A stretch of DNA of 64,000 bases from a virus (lineage: Duplodnaviria; Caudoviricetes), in IMG/VR virus record IMGVR_UViG_642973577_000001, positions 32,001-96,000 of that record; one strand, 5' to 3'. Under the pieces are notes generated by a model, which did no database searches, was not told where the DNA came from, and was given only the letters and a program-made list of their open reading frames with translations. Of the stretch, positions 18,376 through 26,820 are shown piece after piece. A program made the translations under genes and the position numbers. How positions within the stretch are numbered: the first letter of the stretch is position 1; each line of letters opens with the position of its first letter.

Positions 18376-18921
18376 GTGTTCAGGCCACCTCTTGCGAACC
18401 CAGCGCAGAAGCGGACCCTGCGTCCGCTCTACGCGAACCACCAGGCCACCCCCTGGGGCGGGTTCCTGGACCCCGACCTGGATGTCGACTTCGACATCTA
18501 CCCCGGCACCGTGATGCAGCGTGTGTACGGAGAAGTGTTCGCGCCCTACACGGGTGAAGCGGGCACCAGCCCAGTCGGCCTGTCGGCCCTGTTCGTCAAC
18601 ACCGGCGGATACCAGGGTCACCAGGTCAACGAGGTCACCGGCAGCGGCACCGGACTGTTCACCATCTGGATCGGTGGACCGGACGCCATGTTCGAGATCC
18701 TCGCTCCGGCGTTCGACACCGAGGCCGACTGGCCGGAGGTCACCGGACCGGGCAAGTACATGCTGACGGCCAACGCCCAGGGTCAGCTGACCCCGGAGGG
18801 CGTGAACCCCGGCAACGCCATCGCCACGCTGATCGACATCCCGTCCACGGACAAGATCATCATCAGCCTGGACCGCTACGACATCGCCGCTTCGGGCGGC
18901 GGGCTGGCAGGAGGCAGCTAA
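18376..18921 (+). CDS. Probable capsid decoration/cement protein
   Basis: 181 aa, AAGGAG RBS, immediately upstream of the MCP. Confidence 0.65.
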   Translation: MFRPPLANPAQKRTLRPLYANHQATPWGGFLDPDLDVDFDIYPGTVMQRVYGEVFAPYTGEAGTSPVGLSALFVNTGGYQGHQVNEVTGSGTGLFTIWIGGPDAMFEILAPAFDTEADWPEVTGPGKYMLTANAQGQLTPEGVNPGNAIATLIDIPSTDKIIISLDRYDIAASGGGLAGGS

Positions 18922-18924
18922 CCC

Positions 18925-19932
18925 ATGACTCTCCCAACAGCAGTCGGTAGCGGCCTGGGCCGCTTCGCAAAGTCGTCGGACGATTACGTCGCCGACATCG
19001 TGCAGGCCAAGCGCCGCCTCGGCGGTCGCAAGCTGAGCACCCCGGAGAAGCAGACCAAGCTCGCTCACATCCTGAGCGACAAGGTGGGCGGCATCCAGCG
19101 CCTGGGCCAGAGCATGATCGGCCCGATCCAGCTGCAGCTGCGCTACCAGGGCATTCTCCGCAACGTCCTCCTGGAGGACACGCTGACGCCGGGTATCCCG
19201 ATCGAGTACGACGTGCTCGACGACCTCGGCCAGGCGTACATGCTGCACGGCAACGAGGGTGAAGTGAAGATCACCCCGTTCGAGGGCAAGCGTGTGCCGG
19301 TGCAGCTGTTCCGCATCGCGTCGTTCCCGCAGATCAAGAAGGAAGACCTGTACTACCTCCGCAGCAACATCGTGGAGTACACGCAGGACATGACCAAGCA
19401 GGCCATCATGCGCCAGGAGGACTCGCGCCTCGTGACGCTGCTGGAGGCTGCAGCGGTCAGCTACCGTGTCGTGGACAGCTCGGCTGTGCCGGGTCCCGGC
19501 GGCGGCGCTCTTCCGAACGAGATCACGATCGCGGGCACGCACCTCATGCCCGACGATCTGTACACCGCCGTCACCTACACCGACCAGCGTCAGCTGGACT
19601 CGTCGCGCCTGCTGGCCAACCCGCAGGAATACCGCGACCTGTACCGGTGGGACATCAACACCACCGGTTGGGCCTTCAAGGACTCGGTGGTCGCTGGTGA
19701 GCGGATCGTGCAGTTCGGCGAGTTCCAGATCGGCAAGTCGATCATCATCCCGCGTGGCACTGTCTACCTGACCCCGGAGCCGCAGTTCCTCGGCGTGTTC
19801 CCGGTCATGTACTCCCTCGACGTCGAGGAGAACAACATGGTGGAGCAGTTCCACAAGGGCTGGGTCATGGACGAGCTGGTCGGCATGGCCATCCTCAACC
19901 CGCGTGGTATCGTGATCCTGCGCAAGGCCTAG
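18925..19932 (+). CDS. Major capsid protein
   Basis: Recognised Bxz1-type MCP sequence (GSGLGRFA...QLRYQGILRNVLLED...GMAILNPRGIVILRKA). Confidence 0.92.
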   Translation: MTLPTAVGSGLGRFAKSSDDYVADIVQAKRRLGGRKLSTPEKQTKLAHILSDKVGGIQRLGQSMIGPIQLQLRYQGILRNVLLEDTLTPGIPIEYDVLDDLGQAYMLHGNEGEVKITPFEGKRVPVQLFRIASFPQIKKEDLYYLRSNIVEYTQDMTKQAIMRQEDSRLVTLLEAAAVSYRVVDSSAVPGPGGGALPNEITIAGTHLMPDDLYTAVTYTDQRQLDSSRLLANPQEYRDLYRWDINTTGWAFKDSVVAGERIVQFGEFQIGKSIIIPRGTVYLTPEPQFLGVFPVMYSLDVEENNMVEQFHKGWVMDELVGMAILNPRGIVILRKA

Positions 19933-19965
19933 TGCCTGCGTCGGCTTACCTGCCAAGCTACGAGA

Positions 19966-20000
19966 AGCCCCCTCTGGTGATCCCGGAGGGGGTTTCTTGT
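19966..20000 (+). terminator. Intrinsic terminator after the MCP
   Basis: AGCCCCCTCTGG-TGATC-CCGGAGGGGGTT followed by a T-rich tail. Confidence 0.8.
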
Positions 20001-20028
20001 TGCGGTGTGAGTTCTAGCCTGCTAGAAT
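20000..20028 (+). promoter_or_regulatory. SigA-like leaderless promoter with palindrome TTCTAGC-CT-GCTAGAA
   Basis: TTGCGG-17 nt-TAGAAT, ATG 6 nt downstream. Confidence 0.75.
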
Positions 20029-20034
20029 AGAATC

Positions 20035-20283
20035 ATGACCACGAAGACCGATTCCCAGATCCGCCAGGCCATTGCCGAAGGCCGCATCGTCCCCGCCCAG
20101 GCCCGCGTCATCCGCGCTCTGATCGAGACCGTCCCCGTCGCCAACTTCGACACCGCCGTCCTGGCGGGCTGCTGGCTGCACACCGACAACATCTCGCCCC
20201 ACCAGATCCGCACCAACTACCGCGCTGGTGGCCTGACCTACGATTACGTCAACGAGGTCATCGACAAGGCCACGGCCTCATGA
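20035..20283 (+). CDS. Hypothetical protein (leaderless cassette)
   Basis: 82 aa; start fixed by promoter spacing. Confidence 0.75.
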   Translation: MTTKTDSQIRQAIAEGRIVPAQARVIRALIETVPVANFDTAVLAGCWLHTDNISPHQIRTNYRAGGLTYDYVNEVIDKATAS

Positions 20284-20441
20284 TCACCTACGAGTACAAC
20301 GGCGTCGAGTTCACCCGCGACGAGCTGGAGACGGCCATCACCGACGAGGCCAACACGCTCGACGGGTTCGACGAGGAGTCGTTCGACTTCGGCGATTGGC
20401 TCTCCGACGCGATCGGTACCGGCCACGTCACCGTCCTGTAG
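20280..20441 (+). CDS. Small very acidic protein (53 aa), not in the ORF track
   Basis: MITYEYNGVEFTRDELETAITDEANTLDGFDEESFDFGDWLSDAIGTGHVTVL; ATGA overlap. Confidence 0.7.
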   Translation: MITYEYNGVEFTRDELETAITDEANTLDGFDEESFDFGDWLSDAIGTGHVTVL

Positions 20442-20471
20442 TAGGCCAGGTGGGGACCCTAAATGAGTAGA
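20435..20471 (+). promoter_or_regulatory. Candidate late promoter (divergent copy)
   Basis: CCTGT-19 nt-CTAAATGAGTAGA. Confidence 0.4.
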
Positions 20472-20486
20472 GGAGGGTCCCCACCT

Positions 20487-22373
20487 ATGCGCATTACTTC
20501 CGCCCGCGAGCAGCACTCGATGTACTCGCCATGGCGCACGGCCTACGACATCCAGTCGCCCGCTCCCGGCGCGCCGGTCCAGACCAAGCGCGGGCCGTCC
20601 GCACCGTCGCTGGACCCGACCAACGACCCGATGGGCAACCTGAACAAGCGCCCGTACGACTACGGGACGATGGTCGACAACCTGGTCAGCCACTACCACG
20701 GCTCCACCGACGACGAGAAGAAGTCGGGTCGGCTTTGGTACAAGGCCGCGCACGACCTGTTCCACACCTTCGCGAAGAAGAACGACATCAGCCCCGAGCG
20801 GGCCGTGGCCTACGGTGCCGCGTTCAGCCCGCTGACCGACTGGGGCGACAACGTGCACCACGCCCAGAAGTTCATGCTGGGCTACACCCCGGACAAGCCT
20901 GGCTTCAACAAGCACGACTGGCAGCAGGCCCACATCCACCCCGAGGCCCTGGACGCCTTCCAGCAGCAGCACGGTCGGATGCCGACCGAGAGCGACGAGG
21001 ACCTGCACGCGCTGGCCGACATGCACCAGGGCAAGTGGATGGGCAGCCAGGCGGCTCAGGCCAAGGGGCAGCTGGGCAAGCACGACATCGCCAACAACCC
21101 CGAGGCCCGACAGGAATGGATGGAGAACATCCAGCACAAGGGCATGGAAGCCACGCTGGCCGACCACGTGCAGCAGCGGACCGCGCACGAGAAGTCGGCG
21201 AAGGGGCGCAAGGGCGAGCCGTTCAACCCCGCGTTCGGCATGCGCGCCTCCGGCATCAACACCCTGGGTGGCAACATCCAGAAGGCCAAGGACCTCTACC
21301 ACTCGCCCGACGACATCGCGCACATGTTCAAGGTGCTCGGCGGTCCGAAGATCAGCCACTTCACCGACAACATCCTCGACGACACCCCGATCGACGAAGA
21401 GGGGTACTACCAGCACCCCAACGGCGACTGGACCCAGAACAAGGACCTCGGCGGCACGATCGACAGCCACCACATGCGCGCCGCTGGCATGGCGCACGGC
21501 CAGTGGGAGCGTAAGCCCTACGCCGTGAGCAACCCGAGCACAGACCACGAGTACGACGTGTACAACCGTGGCCTGTACGAGGCCACCAAGCGCATCAACG
21601 ACGGCCAGGCCGACCCGACCAAGCACATCACCCCGAAGCAGCTCCAGGCCATCGTGTGGCTCAAGCACAAGAACGACAAGGACTACTTCGAGCGGCAGCG
21701 CAACCCGGAGACGGGCCAGAAGATCACCCACGAGTCCGAGCTGGGTGGAGCGGGCCGTCCTGAGGACTGGCAGTTCGCCGAGAAGAGCTACAAGTCCAAG
21801 GGCAAGGGTCTCGGCAAGGGACCAGGCCGCGCCGCTGCTCTGGAGGAGCAGGATCTGTTCTCGATGCCGCCTCTGTGGCGTCAGGTGTTCCTGCACCACC
21901 AGCCACAGGAGTGGACCGATCTGCTGGACGCCTGGGTGGAGCACCACGCACCCGGACCGGGCCAGCCCGACGGCAACGCAGGAGATCCACGCACGCAGGA
22001 CCCACACGCCCTCCAGGGCCAGGACCCGCATCTGGCCCGTGTCGCCCGCGCCCACATGGCCGCATACGACGACTTCGACTCGATCATGCAGGGGCAGAGC
22101 TTCCCGCACCAGGTGGAGGAAGGCCCGCACGACAGCCCGTGGAAGGGCCAGGCAGCCGACGAGCTGGCTGGTACCTGCGCGTACTGCCACAGCGGCCCTG
22201 GCGAGCTGTGCGACCCGCACTGCCCGACCAACCACAGCGACAGCCCGCGTGACTGGGCCATGGACGCCAAGGCCCTGGGCGGCGCGCCGTACAAGGCTGT
22301 CGACGACACCATGCACCGGCTCAACAGCGTTCGCTCGCTGTTGGCGTCGGTCGACGAGATGCTGGAGGGCTAG
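20487..22373 (+). CDS. Protein with a DUF7178-like domain (possible HhH-glycosylase-like fold)
   Basis: GRLWY..AH, AAFSP..W..N, GPKISHFTDNI, TIDSHH, PKQLQAIVW; GAGGAGG RBS before ATG 20487. Confidence 0.6.
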   Translation: MRITSAREQHSMYSPWRTAYDIQSPAPGAPVQTKRGPSAPSLDPTNDPMGNLNKRPYDYGTMVDNLVSHYHGSTDDEKKSGRLWYKAAHDLFHTFAKKNDISPERAVAYGAAFSPLTDWGDNVHHAQKFMLGYTPDKPGFNKHDWQQAHIHPEALDAFQQQHGRMPTESDEDLHALADMHQGKWMGSQAAQAKGQLGKHDIANNPEARQEWMENIQHKGMEATLADHVQQRTAHEKSAKGRKGEPFNPAFGMRASGINTLGGNIQKAKDLYHSPDDIAHMFKVLGGPKISHFTDNILDDTPIDEEGYYQHPNGDWTQNKDLGGTIDSHHMRAAGMAHGQWERKPYAVSNPSTDHEYDVYNRGLYEATKRINDGQADPTKHITPKQLQAIVWLKHKNDKDYFERQRNPETGQKITHESELGGAGRPEDWQFAEKSYKSKGKGLGKGPGRAAALEEQDLFSMPPLWRQVFLHHQPQEWTDLLDAWVEHHAPGPGQPDGNAGDPRTQDPHALQGQDPHLARVARAHMAAYDDFDSIMQGQSFPHQVEEGPHDSPWKGQAADELAGTCAYCHSGPGELCDPHCPTNHSDSPRDWAMDAKALGGAPYKAVDDTMHRLNSVRSLLASVDEMLEG

Positions 22374-22375
22374 AC

Positions 22376-22546
22376 ATGGCCGGATGGAAGGACCCCGTGA
22401 GGGAGCCGCTGGCGAACTACATCCCGAACAGGCCAGACCTGCCGGGACCGCCAGGCAACCCGCCAACCTACGACACACCGCCCCCGCCACCGGTCATCCC
22501 TGGTGACCCGGACTTCGTGGTGGCAGAGGACGACGAGACGCCGTGA
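22376..22546 (+). CDS. Small Pro-rich protein (56 aa), not in the ORF track
   Basis: MAGWKDPVREPLANYIPNRPDLPGPPGNPP...; fills the gap; GTGA overlap with the next gene. Confidence 0.6.
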   Translation: MAGWKDPVREPLANYIPNRPDLPGPPGNPPTYDTPPPPPVIPGDPDFVVAEDDETP

Positions 22547-22749
22547 GGCGCGCTCGGACGGTCGTCGCATGGGTACTCCTGATTGGATCGACAATCGCGT
22601 GGCCCGTGTCGATGATGACGGTGGCCAAGGACGAACCGCCGTTCGTCCTGTCGCTGTCGTTCCTGGCCATCATCTTGGAGGCGGCATCGCTGCTGACCTC
22701 CAGCCAAGTACACGAGGAGCAAGCTAATGGCACTGGTAGTTCCGAATAG
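22543..22749 (+). CDS. Small 2-TM membrane protein
   Basis: Two hydrophobic segments in 68 aa. Confidence 0.65.
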   Translation: MRRARTVVAWVLLIGSTIAWPVSMMTVAKDEPPFVLSLSFLAIILEAASLLTSSQVHEEQANGTGSSE

Positions 22750-23086
22750 CCCGGACAGCACCCCGCCCGAGTTCCACACTGTCGTGGAGGGGCAGGGCGA
22801 CCTGTCCAACCCCGGCGACACCAGCAACGAGTCGGTGAACGCCTACAACAAGCGCACCAACGTGCCGGTGACCGAGATCCGGGGCATCAAGAACCGTCCC
22901 GACCTGCCTGGCCCGCCGAATGACGGCCCGGACCTGATCACGTCCAACGACCGCATCCGCCGTCGCAAGGGCAACCCGGACTGGAAGGCACCGGACTACC
23001 GGATCGAGACCGCTCGCGAGCGCGACACCGACCTGTCGGCGATCGTGCCGCGCAGCAACGAGTCCAGCCCGGTCCCAACCATCTGA
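22727..23086 (+). CDS. Hypothetical protein
   Basis: 119 aa, GAGGAG RBS. Confidence 0.7.
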   Translation: MALVVPNSPDSTPPEFHTVVEGQGDLSNPGDTSNESVNAYNKRTNVPVTEIRGIKNRPDLPGPPNDGPDLITSNDRIRRRKGNPDWKAPDYRIETARERDTDLSAIVPRSNESSPVPTI

Positions 23087-23967
23087 TGGACTTCTTCCAG
23101 CACGGGTGGTGGTTTCCTGCGCTCATGGGCGTGGTACTCGCCTATGTACTGGCAGCGCCAGTGATCCTGCCGAAGCGTAGCGTTGAAGCAGGAAGAGGTA
23201 GAGGAGGCGTCATGGACACCATCGCCCGTTGGGTGGTTCTCGGTCTTGGTCGTCTCACCTACGCCGCCTTTCGACTGTTCGAGAAACTAGGAGTAGACAT
23301 GGCCAAGATCGACGAGGAACTCGCACGCCTCAACCGCAACGTCGCCGCCAAGCTGGCCGACGCTCAGGCCGCTGTGCAGAAGGCCCAGGACGAAGCCGCC
23401 AAGGTGAAGGCCGACGACGCCGCCGAGGACGCCGCCCAGATCCAGTCCGCCGTGGACGCGGCGCTGGCCGAGGCCGCGACCAAGATCCAGGAGGCCGCTG
23501 ACGCCGTGGGCGATCCGGCCACCGCGCCGGAGACCGCTCCGGGTCCGGTAGCCGACCCGCTGCCGCCGGTCGACGAGCCGACCGATCCGGTTCCGCCGGT
23601 CGATCCCGTCGGCGCGACCAACCCGGAGGACCCGACCACCGCACCGGCTGACGCCCCTGACGTGAGCGGAGACGCCCCGGCGACCGACGCTCCGGCCACC
23701 GACGTCCCGGCAGCCGAGATCACCGACCCGGTGCCCGCCGACCCGGCAGCTGACCCGGTGGACGCTGGCACGCTGCCCGCCGAGACCCCGGTCGTCAAGG
23801 CCGGTAACGTCACCGCCGACGGCGACGTCCGCGACACCGCCACGGTCACCGAGGCAGGCAGCCTGCCCGAGGACCAGTCGGTCGTCCCGGTCACCGAGGG
23901 TGACGGCACCGACGCCACCGACGCTCCGGCTGTCAACGGCGGCAGCCCGGACGGCACCGGTCGCTAA
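23086..23967 (+). CDS. Coiled-coil plus acidic Pro/Ala-rich protein; alternative starts at 23212 and 23299
   Basis: ORF 293 aa; strong RBSs before both internal ATGs. Confidence 0.7.
   Translation: MDFFQHGWWFPALMGVVLAYVLAAPVILPKRSVEAGRGRGGVMDTIARWVVLGLGRLTYAAFRLFEKLGVDMAKIDEELARLNRNVAAKLADAQAAVQKAQDEAAKVKADDAAEDAAQIQSAVDAALAEAATKIQEAADAVGDPATAPETAPGPVADPLPPVDEPTDPVPPVDPVGATNPEDPTTAPADAPDVSGDAPATDAPATDVPAAEITDPVPADPAADPVDAGTLPAETPVVKAGNVTADGDVRDTATVTEAGSLPEDQSVVPVTEGDGTDATDAPAVNGGSPDGTGR
23166..23202 (+). promoter_or_regulatory. Candidate late promoter (intragenic)
   Basis: CCTGC-19 nt-AGGAAGAGGTAGA. Confidence 0.6.
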
Positions 23968-23989
23968 CCCGAACGAGGAGTAGAACGTC

Positions 23990-24193
23990 ATGACCATGGT
24001 CATCAACCGGGAGTACGGCGCGCCGCCGCAGTACCCCACGTCGTCGATGGTGCCCGCCGAGTACTGGCGCAAGCAGCCCGACGGCATTGCGAACAACCCG
24101 CAGACCATCAGCGTGGAGGTCGCCCCCGGCGTCCTGGAGAAGCGCGAAGTGGAGCGGGGCTGGGAGCACCCTGTGACGTTCGACTCCGACTAG
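23990..24193 (+). CDS. Hypothetical protein (67 aa)
   Basis: GAGGAG RBS. Confidence 0.65.
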   Translation: MTMVINREYGAPPQYPTSSMVPAEYWRKQPDGIANNPQTISVEVAPGVLEKREVERGWEHPVTFDSD

Positions 24194-24290
24194 TAGATCT
24201 GCCATCGTAGCTGCTACGATGGAGTTTCTTCCCGTGGGTGGGAAGCGGGCGAAAGCCCCCTGCTAAGCTGAGGTGCATCAGCGAAGCGCG

Positions 24291-24325
24291 AGAACCCCGG
24301 CCTCTCACTAGGCCGGGGTTCTTTG
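24291..24325 (+). terminator. Intrinsic terminator
   Basis: AGAACCCCGGCCT-CTCACT-AGGCCGGGGTTCT-TT. Confidence 0.8.
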
Positions 24326-24426
24326 CATTCTGGGGGTTGACCGGCCTTGCACTAAAGGTGTAGTACATGCACAATGGGGTTATAGAAGACGTAAGAGGCG
24401 TTTTCACCCCACCAGAGGAGACCGGC

Positions 24427-24666
24427 ATGGACACCTACATGGTGACTCTCGCCGATCGCGAGGGTAAGGACCAGCGCGTTCTCGTGAACGTGCCGTCCCA
24501 CAACACCGAGGACGACGTTCGGGAGTTCATCCTGCGTCCGGGCCTCAAGGCCACCGACGGCAGCGAGATCACGCTGACCGCCCCGTCGGTCATCGGCATC
24601 CGCAAGCTGCACATCCGCCGTCCGGTCAAGACGGCCTGGCAGTCGATGCAGAAGGCTTCCGCCTAG
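24427..24666 (+). CDS. Hypothetical protein (79 aa)
   Basis: GAGGAG RBS before ATG 24427. Confidence 0.7.
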   Translation: MDTYMVTLADREGKDQRVLVNVPSHNTEDDVREFILRPGLKATDGSEITLTAPSVIGIRKLHIRRPVKTAWQSMQKASA

Positions 24667-24669
24667 TCC

Positions 24670-24699
24670 TTGCACGGTTCTGTTCTAGCGTGCTAGAAT
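24670..24699 (+). promoter_or_regulatory. SigA-like leaderless promoter with palindrome TTCTAGC-GT-GCTAGAA
   Basis: TTGCAC-18 nt-TAGAAT, ATG 6 nt downstream. Confidence 0.75.
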
Positions 24700-24705
24700 A
24701 GAATC

Positions 24706-24960
24706 ATGAGCAATCGACAGGGCATCCACTTCCACGCCGACGGTCGCGTCTTTGCCAACGGCACCGTCTTCCACCCGCTGCGCGAGGACTACTGGCGCAC
24801 CGAGGACGGTCGCTTCGAGCTGACCAACCAGCCGTTCGAGGGTGAAGACGACTGGGGTGTGTGGGACACTGTGCGCGACGAATGGACGCACGTGGCCGAG
24901 TCCACCGGCTTCGACACCAAGACCGAGGCCGTCGCCGCGTTCATCCGCTCGCAGTCCTGA
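24706..24960 (+). CDS. Hypothetical protein (leaderless cassette)
   Basis: 84 aa. Confidence 0.75.
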   Translation: MSNRQGIHFHADGRVFANGTVFHPLREDYWRTEDGRFELTNQPFEGEDDWGVWDTVRDEWTHVAESTGFDTKTEAVAAFIRSQS

Positions 24961-24973
24961 GTCCCACCCCGGC

Positions 24974-25002
24974 AAGCCCCCGACTTCGGTCGGGGGTTTT
25001 GT
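24974..25002 (+). terminator. Intrinsic terminator
   Basis: GCCCCCGAC-TTCG-GTCGGGGGT-TTT (cUUCGg loop). Confidence 0.9.
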
Positions 25003-25014
25003 CGTTGCAGGGTG

Positions 25015-25044
25015 TTGCGCTCTTTCCTTCTAGCGTGCTATACT
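25015..25044 (+). promoter_or_regulatory. SigA-like leaderless promoter
   Basis: TTGCGC-18 nt (contains TTCTAGCGTGC)-TATACT, ATG 6 nt downstream. Confidence 0.75.
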
Positions 25045-25050
25045 AAATGC

Positions 25051-25344
25051 ATGAGCAACGCCACCGCCCCCGCCGCCCTTGTCTCCATCTCCGTTCACAC
25101 CGCCGACGGTGCCTACTACATCGCCCCGACCGCCACCGTCGCCGAGGGCATTCTCGACGGCATGATGGACGCCCAGCGCCACTACGGCCAGATCTCCTGG
25201 GAGGAGATCACCATGGGCTACGCCCGTGGCCGCGTCGTCGCCCCGAACCACCCGCAGTTCGCGCAGCACATGCGGGTCCAGGTCCTCCCCTCGAACCTGC
25301 CCATGGTCGAGGAGGACGCCATCCTCAACTGGTTCGACGAGTAG
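25051..25344 (+). CDS. Hypothetical protein (leaderless cassette, 97 aa)
   Basis: MSNATAPAALV...; start fixed by the promoter. Confidence 0.7.
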   Translation: MSNATAPAALVSISVHTADGAYYIAPTATVAEGILDGMMDAQRHYGQISWEEITMGYARGRVVAPNHPQFAQHMRVQVLPSNLPMVEEDAILNWFDE

Positions 25345-25350
25345 GCCGAC

Positions 25351-25386
25351 CCTGCCAGCACCCTCCCCACCTCCCAGAAGAGGTGA
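25351..25386 (+). promoter_or_regulatory. Candidate late promoter
   Basis: CCTGC-19 nt-CAGAAGAGGTGA. Confidence 0.62.
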
Positions 25387-25401
25387 GGAGGGTGTTGTCG
25401 T

Positions 25402-25896
25402 ATGACCATGGCGGATGTCTTCAACGAGGTCGAACTCGACCCGTTTGGCTATGCCGCACGCCCCGACCTGTTCGTGCGCAACCTGACGCGCCAGCCGATC
25501 ACCTTCAACCTGGGCAAGATCCGCTGGCTGCTGGAGGCCAAGGGCAACGTCGGCGACGAGCAGCCGCTGCCCTGGACGGTGGCCAAGTCCTCCGGCTTCG
25601 AGCGCGTCTGGGAGCGCGGCGACGTCGAGGTGGCGATCGACCCCGACTTCCAGAACGTCATCGAGGTCCTGCCAGGTGTGGGGTCTGTCTTCCGGCCCTA
25701 CGTGCACGTGCAGAGCACCCCTCAGGCAGTGACCACGATCAAGCATGACCACAGCCGCCCTGGCCCGGTCATGGCAGCCCTGTACTCGCTCGACGGCGAG
25801 ATCGAGTACTTCAACTTCACCGTCGAGATGGTGGACAAGAACACCTGCCGCATCGCCGCCGACGACCCCATCGCCTTCATCGCCACGGTGTTCTGA
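25402..25896 (+). CDS. Probable virion protein
   Basis: 164 aa, first gene of the fibre operon. Confidence 0.65.
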   Translation: MTMADVFNEVELDPFGYAARPDLFVRNLTRQPITFNLGKIRWLLEAKGNVGDEQPLPWTVAKSSGFERVWERGDVEVAIDPDFQNVIEVLPGVGSVFRPYVHVQSTPQAVTTIKHDHSRPGPVMAALYSLDGEIEYFNFTVEMVDKNTCRIAADDPIAFIATVF

Positions 25897-25911
25897 GGAG
25901 AGAACTGACAC

Positions 25912-26817
25912 ATGACCGCACGCCTGTCTGCTTCGCAGCAGAACATGAACTCCAAGAAGATCATCAACGTCGGTGCTCCCTCGGACCCCAACGACGCCGC
26001 CCGTAAGACCGACGTCGACACCGCGTACACCAACGCCATCAGCCGCGCCAACCACGTCGGCACCCAGCTGGCCGCGACCATCTCAAACTTCGATACTCAG
26101 GTGCGCACCAGCCGCTTGGACCAGATGGCCGCGCCGACCAACCCGGTGGCCTTCAACACCCAGCGCGCCACCGGCCTGGCAGACCCGACCGCTCCGCAGG
26201 ACTCGGCGACCAAGGCCTACGTGGATGCCCAGCTGGCGGGCCTGGTCTCCGGCCAGACGCTCAAGGGCGCGGTGCGGGTGTCGACCAACGCCAACATCAA
26301 CATCTCCAGCCCCGGCGCGACCATCGACGGCGTGAACCTGGTGGCAGGCGACGTGGTGCTGCTCTACGGCCAGACCACGGGCACCCAGAACGGCCCGTAC
26401 GTGTGGAACGGCGCTGCGGTGGCCATGACCCGTGCGGCCAACTGGGACAGCAACGCAGAGGCCGTTCTGGGCAGCTACTGGATCGTGCGTGAGGGCAGCC
26501 GTGCCGACACCTTCGCGGTGATGAGCAACGACACCGCCTTCACGTTGGGCACCTCGGTCCTGAGTGTCGTGCACATGTCGAGCACCCCGGCGGGCGGTAT
26601 CGCCTTCGAGGCCGACATCGGCGACGGCTCGGCCACGGCCTTCACCCTGACCCACAACTTCGGCACCAAGGCCGTGGGCGTGGTCGTCTGGCGCAACGCC
26701 AGCCCGTTCGACGAGATCACGGTCTACGTGAGCCGTCCGACGGTCAACACCGTCACCATCGAGCCTGACGAGGTGTGGTCGGCTGGCCAGTACCACGCGG
26801 TCGTCTGGAAGCTGTAA
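25912..26817 (+). CDS. Head/tail fibre-like structural protein
   Basis: DSATKAYVD fibre motif; TIDGVNLVAGDVVLLYGQT..QNG motif. Confidence 0.7.
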   Translation: MTARLSASQQNMNSKKIINVGAPSDPNDAARKTDVDTAYTNAISRANHVGTQLAATISNFDTQVRTSRLDQMAAPTNPVAFNTQRATGLADPTAPQDSATKAYVDAQLAGLVSGQTLKGAVRVSTNANINISSPGATIDGVNLVAGDVVLLYGQTTGTQNGPYVWNGAAVAMTRAANWDSNAEAVLGSYWIVREGSRADTFAVMSNDTAFTLGTSVLSVVHMSSTPAGGIAFEADIGDGSATAFTLTHNFGTKAVGVVVWRNASPFDEITVYVSRPTVNTVTIEPDEVWSAGQYHAVVWKL

Positions 26818-26820
26818 CCG

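Noticed and set aside
24225-24290. Hammerhead or HDV/theta ribozyme
   Set aside because: Core nucleotides deviate (CTGCTAA, GAAG) and I could not build P1/P2; kept only as a structured element.
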